From NCBI GenBank assembly GCA_044440125.1, contig JBITAJ010000022.1, forward strand, positions 192,001-256,000: a stretch of DNA of 64,000 nucleotides. The letters run 5' to 3'. The stretch's first letter is position 1, and each line of letters begins with the position of its first letter. Positions 1 to 8,608 of this stretch are shown piece by piece. Made by a program: the position numbers and the translations under genes. This DNA is from Sedimentisphaeraceae bacterium JB056. Its GTDB lineage: Bacteria; Planctomycetota; Phycisphaerae; Sedimentisphaerales; Sedimentisphaeraceae. The notes below the pieces were generated by a model. That model searched no databases. It was given only the letters and a program-made list of their open reading frames with translations, and was not told the DNA's origin.

Positions 1-224
1 TGATGAACAACCTTTACATCTTCATGACGGCCGGCAAGGTCATCAAGAAGCTCCCTGCTGCCATCAGTACTACCATCATTGACAATGATTATCTCGTAAT
101 CATCCGAAACCTCTGGAATCACACGCTGGGCATCAGCAACCATTCTTGCGATATTTCCAACTTCATTATAACAAGGAAAAAAAACACTTAACGGTATCTT
201 ATTGCCAACTCTAATTCCAGTCAT
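1..224 (-). CDS. Glycosyltransferase family 2 (polyprenol-phosphate mannose synthase-like), N-terminal part; runs off the window edge
   Basis: Manual translation, not in the ORF track: MTGIRVGNKIPLSVFFPCYNEVGNIARMV...YEIIIVNDGSTDGSRELL, with the typical GT2 'PxYNE' and 'DGSTDG' motifs; GAGG before the ATG at 224. Confidence 0.9.
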   Translation of the reverse strand, partial: MTGIRVGNKIPLSVFFPCYNEVGNIARMVADAQRVIPEVSDDYEIIIVNDGSTDGSRELLDDLAGRHEDVKVVH

Positions 225-228
225 AGCC

Positions 229-2511
229 TCACCAATTATACTCTTTCATTAATTCTTTTCTTTGATCAGCAAGCTGACCTGCAAACTTTGTATAAGTAGC
301 GGCTTTTTGCGGCTCTTTACTTGCAGCATTCTTGCTGATATAATTAAGAGCCATTATAACATTTGTAATTTTTTCTGCAAATCCATCTTCATTTTTATAT
401 TTCTCTTCGTTTGAAATATAATCAGAAACCATTGATTTGCAGTAATCATATATCTTGTCCTGAAGCTCAGGAGTTCGTCCGCAATTAAACAAGTAATTCA
501 AGGCAGTTGCCGACCCTGTATCTTCAAACGCCTTTGATGCCAACTCAAATGCTCTCTGTGAATTAGAGCCAGCCAAATATGCCGCTTTAACAATATCCCT
601 GTAACTTTCATCAGGGAAAACAGTTTTCCCATCGAATACTCCATCAAGCAAAGCTTTACCTCTTGAATCCTGTACGTTTACAAGCATTGTTTGCGAACTA
701 TCTGAATAAACCATCTTCCAGTTCAAACGTGAAGTCATAGCTCGCATGAAAAGACCTTTTTGCTGATTGGCCGGCATCAAAATAATCCAAACTTGATACT
801 CTTTAAGCTTATTATCAAGGTATTCCGCAACCTCGGCAAGCTTTTGCCGGAATTCTGCTTTTGAGCCACTTTTCGATAGAGCCGCAAGCTCTTTGCCTTT
901 GTCACCACCTGATAAGATATTAACATTATACTCTTGAAACATTTCAATATCATAAGCAGCCTGCGCCCTGCCATCCATGAACAATTTCAAAGGAATCTCA
1001 CCTGTCTCTGGATCCGGAGTCTGGCAATAAGCAACGAAACCTCCTTCAGTCCAATAATTGAGCATATGTCCTGATAGATTATTCTCTCTTATAAAATCAC
1101 ATGCGCGGAATGGTTTGGCGTAAGAAGCAGTCATCCGCATAAAGACACTTGTCTTTTCTTTATCTATCGGCCAGGGATCAAGATATATCTTCTTGTACTT
1201 AATTCCGATTATCGCTCCAAAAACAATCACCCCAACCAATAAAGCTGCGGAAATTACAACTGAGAAAGAGGAAGCACCATTTTTGCCTTTTTCACTGCCC
1301 GAACGCTTTCTGCTAAGAATCATTTCATACATCTGTGTAAGCATCATTGCAAGCACCGGAACAAGCGTATAGGCTGCAATTGGAATAAATCGTCTCGAAC
1401 GAATCGCCATTCCACAAGTGAATAATGCTATAAACAGTGGAATTATCGGCCAAGCGGGCCACTGATATCTATTTTCATAATTACCAGCTGAACTATCAGA
1501 GACAGCAGGCCTTAACATTCCCCAAAGCCAAAACCAAGCAAAGATAAAAAACAAACCAATAAAAAACATCGCAACAAAAGGTTTAGACACTCCTACCGGA
1601 TTACTAAACTCAAAAGCACTATGCCACTCATTAACATTTTTCCACTCTTTTGCATGTTCACTAACCGTAATAATGAAAGTATGCGTAAGGTTTGTAAGAT
1701 GATACGGATTGAATATTACCATCGCAATAAATGAAAACAAACCCGCAAAGAAGGTGTGCAAGAGAAGACCTCTTGGGACAGTGCCTAATATTTTCCATTT
1801 AAGATGGCTGGCAACAAAATAATAAAGCCAGAAAGGCACTATTATTATGAAAGCATATAGGTATCCGCCGTGAACGTTGGACCAGAAAACAAGCAGAGGC
1901 ACAAGCAAATAGATATAAACGGTTCGTTTATGTACAGCAAGAAGCAAGATGTAAACATACAACGGCACAAGCATGTTGGAAAAAACAGCCGGCCTGATAT
2001 CAATAAAACTTCGCGATACATACATTGCCCAGCAAGTAAGCACGGCACTTATAAGCCGACCTGCCCCCAAAAGCCTCGAAGAAAAATACAGGCATATTAT
2101 AACCAACAGATTAATAGCAAATTTCCAGAACACAAGCATATTGTACGCCGGCTCCTGTTCTGAGCCAAAGACAGTCGTTAATTTGTAGAAAATAACCTGC
2201 GTAAGCCAGTTTTGGTTAACCCATCCAGTAGGATGCCACTTCTTTATCAAAGGTTGGAGCCACTGAGGATACTCTTCCAATTGTTCATCAGTAGGCCCAG
2301 CATCATGAGAATTAAAGCTGAAAGGCTCTACCGTATCAACACCATGATTTACAAAGTGCCTGCCACAGGCCATCGCAACCCATGTATCGCCGGCAGCTAC
2401 CATATGAGTGCAGGCGTGGAAGGCAAATATAATCATTGCCACCCACGCCGTGCATTTAACTAATAAAATAGTCTTGTCTTTTGTTTGATTTTCGCTCAGG
2501 AGCTCAGCCAT
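229..2511 (-). CDS. Multi-pass membrane protein, probable GT-C-type glycosyltransferase with a C-terminal soluble domain
   Basis: 760 aa with many hydrophobic segments; 'GDTWVAMACGR' after TM1, plus 'RPAVFS', 'WSNVHGG' and 'NPY' motifs; adjacent to GT2. Confidence 0.6.
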   Translation of the reverse strand: MAELLSENQTKDKTILLVKCTAWVAMIIFAFHACTHMVAAGDTWVAMACGRHFVNHGVDTVEPFSFNSHDAGPTDEQLEEYPQWLQPLIKKWHPTGWVNQNWLTQVIFYKLTTVFGSEQEPAYNMLVFWKFAINLLVIICLYFSSRLLGAGRLISAVLTCWAMYVSRSFIDIRPAVFSNMLVPLYVYILLLAVHKRTVYIYLLVPLLVFWSNVHGGYLYAFIIIVPFWLYYFVASHLKWKILGTVPRGLLLHTFFAGLFSFIAMVIFNPYHLTNLTHTFIITVSEHAKEWKNVNEWHSAFEFSNPVGVSKPFVAMFFIGLFFIFAWFWLWGMLRPAVSDSSAGNYENRYQWPAWPIIPLFIALFTCGMAIRSRRFIPIAAYTLVPVLAMMLTQMYEMILSRKRSGSEKGKNGASSFSVVISAALLVGVIVFGAIIGIKYKKIYLDPWPIDKEKTSVFMRMTASYAKPFRACDFIRENNLSGHMLNYWTEGGFVAYCQTPDPETGEIPLKLFMDGRAQAAYDIEMFQEYNVNILSGGDKGKELAALSKSGSKAEFRQKLAEVAEYLDNKLKEYQVWIILMPANQQKGLFMRAMTSRLNWKMVYSDSSQTMLVNVQDSRGKALLDGVFDGKTVFPDESYRDIVKAAYLAGSNSQRAFELASKAFEDTGSATALNYLFNCGRTPELQDKIYDYCKSMVSDYISNEEKYKNEDGFAEKITNVIMALNYISKNAASKEPQKAATYTKFAGQLADQRKELMKEYNW

Positions 2512-3686
2512 TTTTCGAGTCTGTCGATACCTTCCTTGATATTATCCATAGAACATGCGAAACTTAATCTAACATTATTGTCACAACCAAAAGGTCCACC
2601 CGGGACAAGTGCAACATTGGCTTGTTCAAGAAGGTTTTTGGCAAAGTCCATACTGTCGTTGATTACATTGCCGCCAATAGTCTTGCCATAATAGCTGCTC
2701 ACATCAGGGAAACAGTAGAAAGCACCTGTCGGCTGGTCGCAACTAACGCCATCAATAGCATTCAGTCTTTCGCACATATAACCGGCACGCTTCTCAAACT
2801 GCTGTCTCATCTGCTCTACAACATCACCTGTGTCCTTATAGGCTGCAACAGCAGCATACTGAACAAAGCTGACAGGGTTCTGAGTCATATGAGACTGTAA
2901 ACGTCCCATCGCAGAAATCACATCCTGAGGTCCCGCAGCATAGCCAACTCTCCAGCCTGTCATAGCGTATGCTTTACTAAAACCGTTTACAGTAATTGTA
3001 CGATTATACGCATCTTCGCTTATTGAAGCAAAACTCTTAAATTCTGTACCATTATAAACAAGCTTTTCATATATTTCATCAGAAAGAACCATAATATCAG
3101 TTCCTTCAAGAACTTTCGCCAATTCCGCAAGCTCCTGCGGTGTGTAAGTGAAACCGCCCGGATTGCTCGGTGAATTGAGTAAAAACATTGCTGTTTTATC
3201 GGTGATAGCTTCTTTAAGCTGCTCAGGAGTAATCTTATAGCCATTCTCTTTGCTTGTTGATACTGGAACAAATACACCGCCTGCAAGCTTAACTGCCTCT
3301 GGGTAAGTTACCCAATAAGGTGTAGGCACGATTACCTCGTCGCCATCATCAATAATCGCCTGCATAGTTGAATAAACAGTATGCTTTGCACCAATATTTA
3401 CAATAATCTGACTTGCGCCATAATCAAGACCGTTATCTTTCTTAAGCTTATCGGCAATAGCCTGACGAAGCTCAGGTATACCTGGCGTAGCCGTGTAACC
3501 GGTCTTGCCTTCGTTAAGCGCTTTGATAGCGGCATCTTTGATAAATTGAGGGGTATCAAAATCCGGTTCGCCTGCACCAAAACCAATAACGTCTTTACCT
3601 TGAGCCTTGAGCTCCTTAGCTCTGGAAGCCACTGCCATAGTAGCAGACGCAGGCACAGCCATAGCTCTTTTGCTTATTTTTGCCAT
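2496..3686 (-). CDS. aspC: PLP-dependent class I aminotransferase (aspartate aminotransferase-like)
   Basis: GAGEPDF, NSPSNPGG, SDEIYE and SKAYAMTGWRVG motifs. Confidence 0.9.
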   Translation of the reverse strand: MAKISKRAMAVPASATMAVASRAKELKAQGKDVIGFGAGEPDFDTPQFIKDAAIKALNEGKTGYTATPGIPELRQAIADKLKKDNGLDYGASQIIVNIGAKHTVYSTMQAIIDDGDEVIVPTPYWVTYPEAVKLAGGVFVPVSTSKENGYKITPEQLKEAITDKTAMFLLNSPSNPGGFTYTPQELAELAKVLEGTDIMVLSDEIYEKLVYNGTEFKSFASISEDAYNRTITVNGFSKAYAMTGWRVGYAAGPQDVISAMGRLQSHMTQNPVSFVQYAAVAAYKDTGDVVEQMRQQFEKRAGYMCERLNAIDGVSCDQPTGAFYCFPDVSSYYGKTIGGNVINDSMDFAKNLLEQANVALVPGGPFGCDNNVRLSFACSMDNIKEGIDRLEKWLSS

Positions 3687-3868
3687 TAAATCCTCTAAAA
3701 ATTAACTACTCTCTTTATACTGTAACTACACAGCTTGGTTTACATAACCACAAAATCGCTATATTAGAGCATTTTTCATTGTCAAGGTCAAGAAAAAAGA
3801 AGGGATGAATCCTGCCTTTTTATTTCTTTTGGATTTAGAGTCGCAAAAAGCAAGAAATTTAAAACAAA

Positions 3869-3902
3869 TAAAGCCCGTAAGCGATTAAACTTACAGGCTT
3901 TA
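3869..3902 (-). terminator. Probable intrinsic terminator downstream of tRNA-Lys
   Basis: 13-bp arms TAAAGCCCGTAAG / CTTACAGGCTTTA (the single mismatch is G-U on the minus strand), followed by a T-rich run on the minus strand. Confidence 0.7.
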
Positions 3903-3907
3903 TACCA

Positions 3908-3980
<73 letters not shown>

Positions 3981-4047
3981 GAATGAGAGAGCATATGATA
4001 TTAAAAAGTATCAGCGAATCAAGAACTTTTTCTCATTTTTTCAACAA

Positions 4048-7000
4048 TTACCGACAGACTCGAAAGCCGTATTGGTTTGTTGTCGTTTCCGGAGTATTCG
4101 TACTTCTGTGCGAGACGCTGCAATCAATATAATTACTTGCCCAACTTCCTCCCCTTAGCACCTTCTCGTATCCAATAGAACTTGCGGTCCATTCCATTGC
4201 ATTGCCGCTCATATCACAAAGTCCGTAGCCATATTCAAAGAAATATCCTTCAGGATTTGTAAACGGCATTTCCGAGAATTGGATTGGATTATTCAATCCA
4301 AAGTTTGCCTGCATAGGGTCAATCATAAGGCCGCAACCATAAATATATGTACCGTCATAATCTGCCACAGCCTGCCACTCCCATTCGGTCGGAAGCCTTA
4401 CTCCGTAATAATCGCAGAACGCCTGAGCTCCATACCAGCTCACTTCGACGACCGCAAAGTCTTCCATATCATAAGCATCATGCGGACGCACACGAAACGT
4501 GCCGTCGTATGTTATCATGCTATAAACGCTCAGAGTGTACAGCACATCACCAGTCAATGAATACACGTAAGCTCCCTGAACATTAATTAATCCTTCAGTC
4601 ATAGCATTGTTAAGAAAACGGCAATATTGACCATTAGAAATCTCGTATTTGCCCATTTCACCTGCAAAACCTTCATGTCCCGGTACGCCCGGATCCTGAA
4701 TGTATACCCATTCAATATCAATTGGCGCAGGCTCTCGGTCAAGCCACTGACCAGCCATAGCAGACATGTCACCGATATTATCATTGCCATCATGATCTAT
4801 ATCCGCAAATATGCACCACTGCGGGGCTGTACAAGACTCAAGCCAACAAGAAGTCAGAGCATGAAGATCATAGATATCTACAAATCCATCTTTTGCTCCA
4901 ATACCGCTAATACTCGCTATGTCACCATAATAATGCGTCAAATCGCTGTTTATGCAAAGCTCTATATAGCCGTCTTGCATACTAATATCGTAATACGACT
5001 GCTCAACAACGATGTAATATCTACCGGACATTTCGGCATGCCACCAGAATTCTTCACCATACCAATATTCAAATTCAAAAACTTCAGTATCGCCATCAGG
5101 TGCATAGATAGCGATATCCATATTACCTAGATTAAATATATTCATACTGAAACTGTAGTTCATTCCCGCAATAGCATCAAATGCAAAGATCGCCGGTGCG
5201 AACATGTCACCACCTAAATCAGCGATTCCACAATCGCCAGGCATCAATATCTGAGGATATTGCAAATCCAGCCCCACACCAAACACTTGTGGCTGCCACT
5301 GGCTGACCTTAACTATGTCTTCAATCGCCAGACACTCAAGTTCAAATGGATTTTCAAAACCAAATACCGGGGTAAAAGCACGTACATAGCCTTTCCACCC
5401 AAGACCTATGCCCTGAAGTACAAAATCTCCAGCCTGGTCAATGCGGGTACAGCTCACACGGCTGTCCTCAGGTGAGCAAATATCCGTAAAGGCTTCAACA
5501 AAAATCGGTGTATCAGAGCTGAATCCCTCGGCCGCCACATTGCCGTAAATATTCCCAAGCGGTCCTACTCGAATGTGTGTTTCGTTGATATCGCCGTCCT
5601 CACGAATAAAATCGGAAACTTCATAGGAATTTACCGACACATACTTGCCTATTAACATAGGGCAATAGTCATATAAGTCGATATTGAACTGAAGCCCCCT
5701 TTCAGTGAACATTGCATAATAATATCCGCCAGCAGGCATATTCCAGTCCCCATAACAGCCGTCATTGTTCCATTCAAAAACATCCATCTGAATATAATCT
5801 ATTCCCTGAACACTAAGAACTATCTTTATGGTCCCCTCTACCTCTTCAGCACCGGGTGTGTAAGAGAATATTATCTCATATTCCCGCGCATAATATTCAA
5901 ATTCAAGGTCATTAAAAACAATTTCACCCGAGAACAAACCTTCCGACATTGCCATATAAAGCCTGTCAATATCAAGATTGCCCGATGCATCACTGTCCAC
6001 ATCACCTGCTATATCCTGAAAGACTATCTGCTTATCGAACCAGAAGGCCGTCATATTATAGCCATAGTAGCTTTCGTATATCCTTTGCCAGGCGTAAAGC
6101 TCTGGTATCATGAACTCACCTTCTGGCTGCAAATTATAATCCATCTGCCAGGTCTGCTGCGTAAAATCAGGCAACGCGCCACCAAGTGTAGCGTCATTTC
6201 CAAGACCGGCACCTACTGTATCCGGAAGCGGAGCGTTCGTTCGGTCAAACTCAGGCAACAAGTCACGAAGGCTCAGCGGGTCGGGGTAGCGAGGAGTAGA
6301 GCCGTATATTGGATTGGGATCAAATGCCAATTTCTCTGCCTCAACATCACCAAGCATACCGCTTATATTATAAAGCTCGCCGGAAGTACTGCCCCAGTAA
6401 TTGACATAACCGTCAGTCAAAACGGCCTTATCATTGTCAAGAGTGATAATCATATAGCCCCCACCCAAGTACATAGGAGTAACGGCTTCGAGTTCAAGCT
6501 CGAATACACCGGACTGATAAGCATAAACATCCGAAACATCCCACGCAGGAGGAAGATTTGGAGCCTGTATGGAAAGATAGCCGCCAATCGGCTGTTCTAT
6601 CAAATCAAACTCAAGAAAGAGAGTACCTATTGAAAAACTACCACCCGAAAGCTCGTAAGTTCTGTAAGTCTCCATATCATAAAACTCAAGGCCATCATTG
6701 GATAGAGAGTCTCTCAACTGTGAAAGTTTGCCTATAGCTGCCTGTGCCAAAGGAATATCTTCCGGAGCTATGTATATGAATCTTTGCGTGTCAGGCTGAT
6801 AGAAATCATCATTGATAATGTAATCCATAGCATCGATCGTGTAGCCAATGGCAGCAATTAAATCAGATGCGGCCTGAGCAAGAACATCTTTACCATTTGC
6901 CGGGTCGTTACTGGTCGGCAGGAGCCGGAGAAAATCGGGATTGGAAATTAGCAAGTCATCATTTATCGAAAAACAATCGGCATATAACTTTTCGATAATA

Positions 7001-7647
7001 ATATCAATATTGGAAATTTGCTGATCGTATGCACCCGGGGAATTTAACGACGATTTCGTAAACAAAAGCATCCCCTTCAAAATAAGAACCTCTCCATAAC
7101 CAATACGTACATTCATCATCATACCTGTTTGAGAAGGCGTAAATATAACCTCAAACTCATCACCTTCAGGACTGTCGATCTGGTCAAGCACGTCTATGAT
7201 TGCATCAATCTCGGGCATGAGCCAGCTGTCAAGAGTATCTCCAACGGTCTGCATGTCAGGTGCATCTGCGGGTATCTCATATCGGCCGCGATTGTTCTTT
7301 GGGTATATAAACCTCTGCATCCGTGTATCGGTGTAATCTCCCGACAGTTCAAGGTCATATTCACGGATCAGCTCCAGAAAACTGTTCATGCTGCCGCCGT
7401 CATCGCGAACGAAAAGCATTCCGGTACGGCTAAGGGCATTGAGAAAAAGAAGTTCTCGGGTTTGCGGAAACTGCGGGTCAGAAAGAGCCTGATGAGTACT
7501 TTCATAAGCATCCCTTATACCGCTGATTGTTCTCTCAGACAACGAACTTTTTGCATCATCAATATAGTCTGCTAAAATTATACCCTGAAAAGTCAAACAA
7601 AACACTGAAATCACCAAAAACAATCTCACCAATCTGTATTTACACAT
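4048..7647 (-). CDS. Large secreted acidic protein with a dockerin-like repeat pair and a C-terminal FGE/SUMF1-like domain
   Basis: Start moved to MCKYRL (AAGGAG RBS); signal peptide; DGFVDIYDLHALTSCWL...DIDHDGNDNIGDMSAMAGQWL; RLPTEWEWQ, GLCDMSGNAMEW, RGGSW and GFRV motifs. Confidence 0.8.
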   Translation of the reverse strand: MCKYRLVRLFLVISVFCLTFQGIILADYIDDAKSSLSERTISGIRDAYESTHQALSDPQFPQTRELLFLNALSRTGMLFVRDDGGSMNSFLELIREYDLELSGDYTDTRMQRFIYPKNNRGRYEIPADAPDMQTVGDTLDSWLMPEIDAIIDVLDQIDSPEGDEFEVIFTPSQTGMMMNVRIGYGEVLILKGMLLFTKSSLNSPGAYDQQISNIDIIIEKLYADCFSINDDLLISNPDFLRLLPTSNDPANGKDVLAQAASDLIAAIGYTIDAMDYIINDDFYQPDTQRFIYIAPEDIPLAQAAIGKLSQLRDSLSNDGLEFYDMETYRTYELSGGSFSIGTLFLEFDLIEQPIGGYLSIQAPNLPPAWDVSDVYAYQSGVFELELEAVTPMYLGGGYMIITLDNDKAVLTDGYVNYWGSTSGELYNISGMLGDVEAEKLAFDPNPIYGSTPRYPDPLSLRDLLPEFDRTNAPLPDTVGAGLGNDATLGGALPDFTQQTWQMDYNLQPEGEFMIPELYAWQRIYESYYGYNMTAFWFDKQIVFQDIAGDVDSDASGNLDIDRLYMAMSEGLFSGEIVFNDLEFEYYAREYEIIFSYTPGAEEVEGTIKIVLSVQGIDYIQMDVFEWNNDGCYGDWNMPAGGYYYAMFTERGLQFNIDLYDYCPMLIGKYVSVNSYEVSDFIREDGDINETHIRVGPLGNIYGNVAAEGFSSDTPIFVEAFTDICSPEDSRVSCTRIDQAGDFVLQGIGLGWKGYVRAFTPVFGFENPFELECLAIEDIVKVSQWQPQVFGVGLDLQYPQILMPGDCGIADLGGDMFAPAIFAFDAIAGMNYSFSMNIFNLGNMDIAIYAPDGDTEVFEFEYWYGEEFWWHAEMSGRYYIVVEQSYYDISMQDGYIELCINSDLTHYYGDIASISGIGAKDGFVDIYDLHALTSCWLESCTAPQWCIFADIDHDGNDNIGDMSAMAGQWLDREPAPIDIEWVYIQDPGVPGHEGFAGEMGKYEISNGQYCRFLNNAMTEGLINVQGAYVYSLTGDVLYTLSVYSMITYDGTFRVRPHDAYDMEDFAVVEVSWYGAQAFCDYYGVRLPTEWEWQAVADYDGTYIYGCGLMIDPMQANFGLNNPIQFSEMPFTNPEGYFFEYGYGLCDMSGNAMEWTASSIGYEKVLRGGSWASNYIDCSVSHRSTNTPETTTNQYGFRVCR

Positions 7648-7681
7648 AATGCAACTCCTTATAAATATAAGACCCAAAACT

Positions 7682-8422
7682 TTACCTGCAACATATCGAC
7701 AAATCTCTGCCCGTAGTAACCTCACCTTTCATTGATATCATACTCGGTCCATGAGCAATGAATTTATCGTTTTTTATATCCCATTCTATCTTATTGGCTC
7801 TGAGCCGCTGGCCCGAAATATAATTGACTTCGGCACCACCCTCCAAAAGAACCTTCATATCATCACCTGTAATACTTGCTCTGCGACTGCTTACGCGAAT
7901 AAATTCCATTCCAGTCTTTTCTATATAACAATCAAAATTAGAAACAAAAACAGAGAACACATTGCTCGTATCAAAATCCAGCTCAAAAATACCTCCCAAA
8001 ATACTCGCAAAACCTTCAACTTCGGCTGCCTTAGTAACCAAAGCTTCAGCTAACTCAGTACCAGCAGTCTGATCACTAACTTTGGGAGATTTACAATTCA
8101 GCATCAGGACGAGATCTTCAATATTTACAACCCGGTTCATGTAGCTACTGAAAAATGATAATTTGTGATTTTTAACAGTAAGATCCGAGGCAGAAAACTC
8201 GAGCTCATAATGTCTGCCATTTGATATAAATTCTCTTTGGAGCCAGCAGTTACCGCTGTTATTATATGTAGAGTCAATGGCTTTGAAGAATGAATCGCTA
8301 TTGGGTTGTTTATCTCCCTCATACAAAAAAAGACAAAAAAGAACTCCCACAAAAAGCTCAGACCCAATGGTTACATACAGCTTTCTGTTAAAAAGAAAAT
8401 GAGAACCCAACTTATTCCCCAT
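7682..8422 (-). CDS. Hypothetical protein with an N-terminal TM anchor and a beta-rich, possibly LptC/OstA-like C-terminus
   Basis: Start probably MGNKL (GGAG RBS); 'LEGGAEV..SGQRLRANKIEWD' resembles a jellyroll repeat; the family call is weak. Confidence 0.4.
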   Translation of the reverse strand: MGNKLGSHFLFNRKLYVTIGSELFVGVLFCLFLYEGDKQPNSDSFFKAIDSTYNNSGNCWLQREFISNGRHYELEFSASDLTVKNHKLSFFSSYMNRVVNIEDLVLMLNCKSPKVSDQTAGTELAEALVTKAAEVEGFASILGGIFELDFDTSNVFSVFVSNFDCYIEKTGMEFIRVSSRRASITGDDMKVLLEGGAEVNYISGQRLRANKIEWDIKNDKFIAHGPSMISMKGEVTTGRDLSICCR

Positions 8423-8523
8423 TAATTGCTCCAACGCAAATATCACAAAAACCAACTGCAATAAATAAATATTATAGCAGTTTATTTTAAATAAACAAAG
8501 GAAATTAATCCCCCAAAGTACGT

Positions 8524-8555
8524 AAAAAAGCACACCTTTCATTAAAAGTGTGCTT
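8524..8555 (-). terminator. Probable intrinsic terminator ending the glycan-locus transcript
   Basis: AAGCACAC...GTGTGCTT inverted repeat with an adjoining T-run on the minus strand, about 55 nt after the GH38 stop. Confidence 0.65.
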
Positions 8556-8608
8556 AAAAACAAGAATTTCTTTCTGCTTAATTCTCAGCAAGCAAGACAA
8601 ACAAGTGA

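Noticed and set aside
4048..4200. FGE-type C-terminus as a diversity-generating retroelement variable region
   Set aside because: No reverse transcriptase and no second, adenine-variant copy (template repeat) was seen in the window; a remote DGR cannot be excluded
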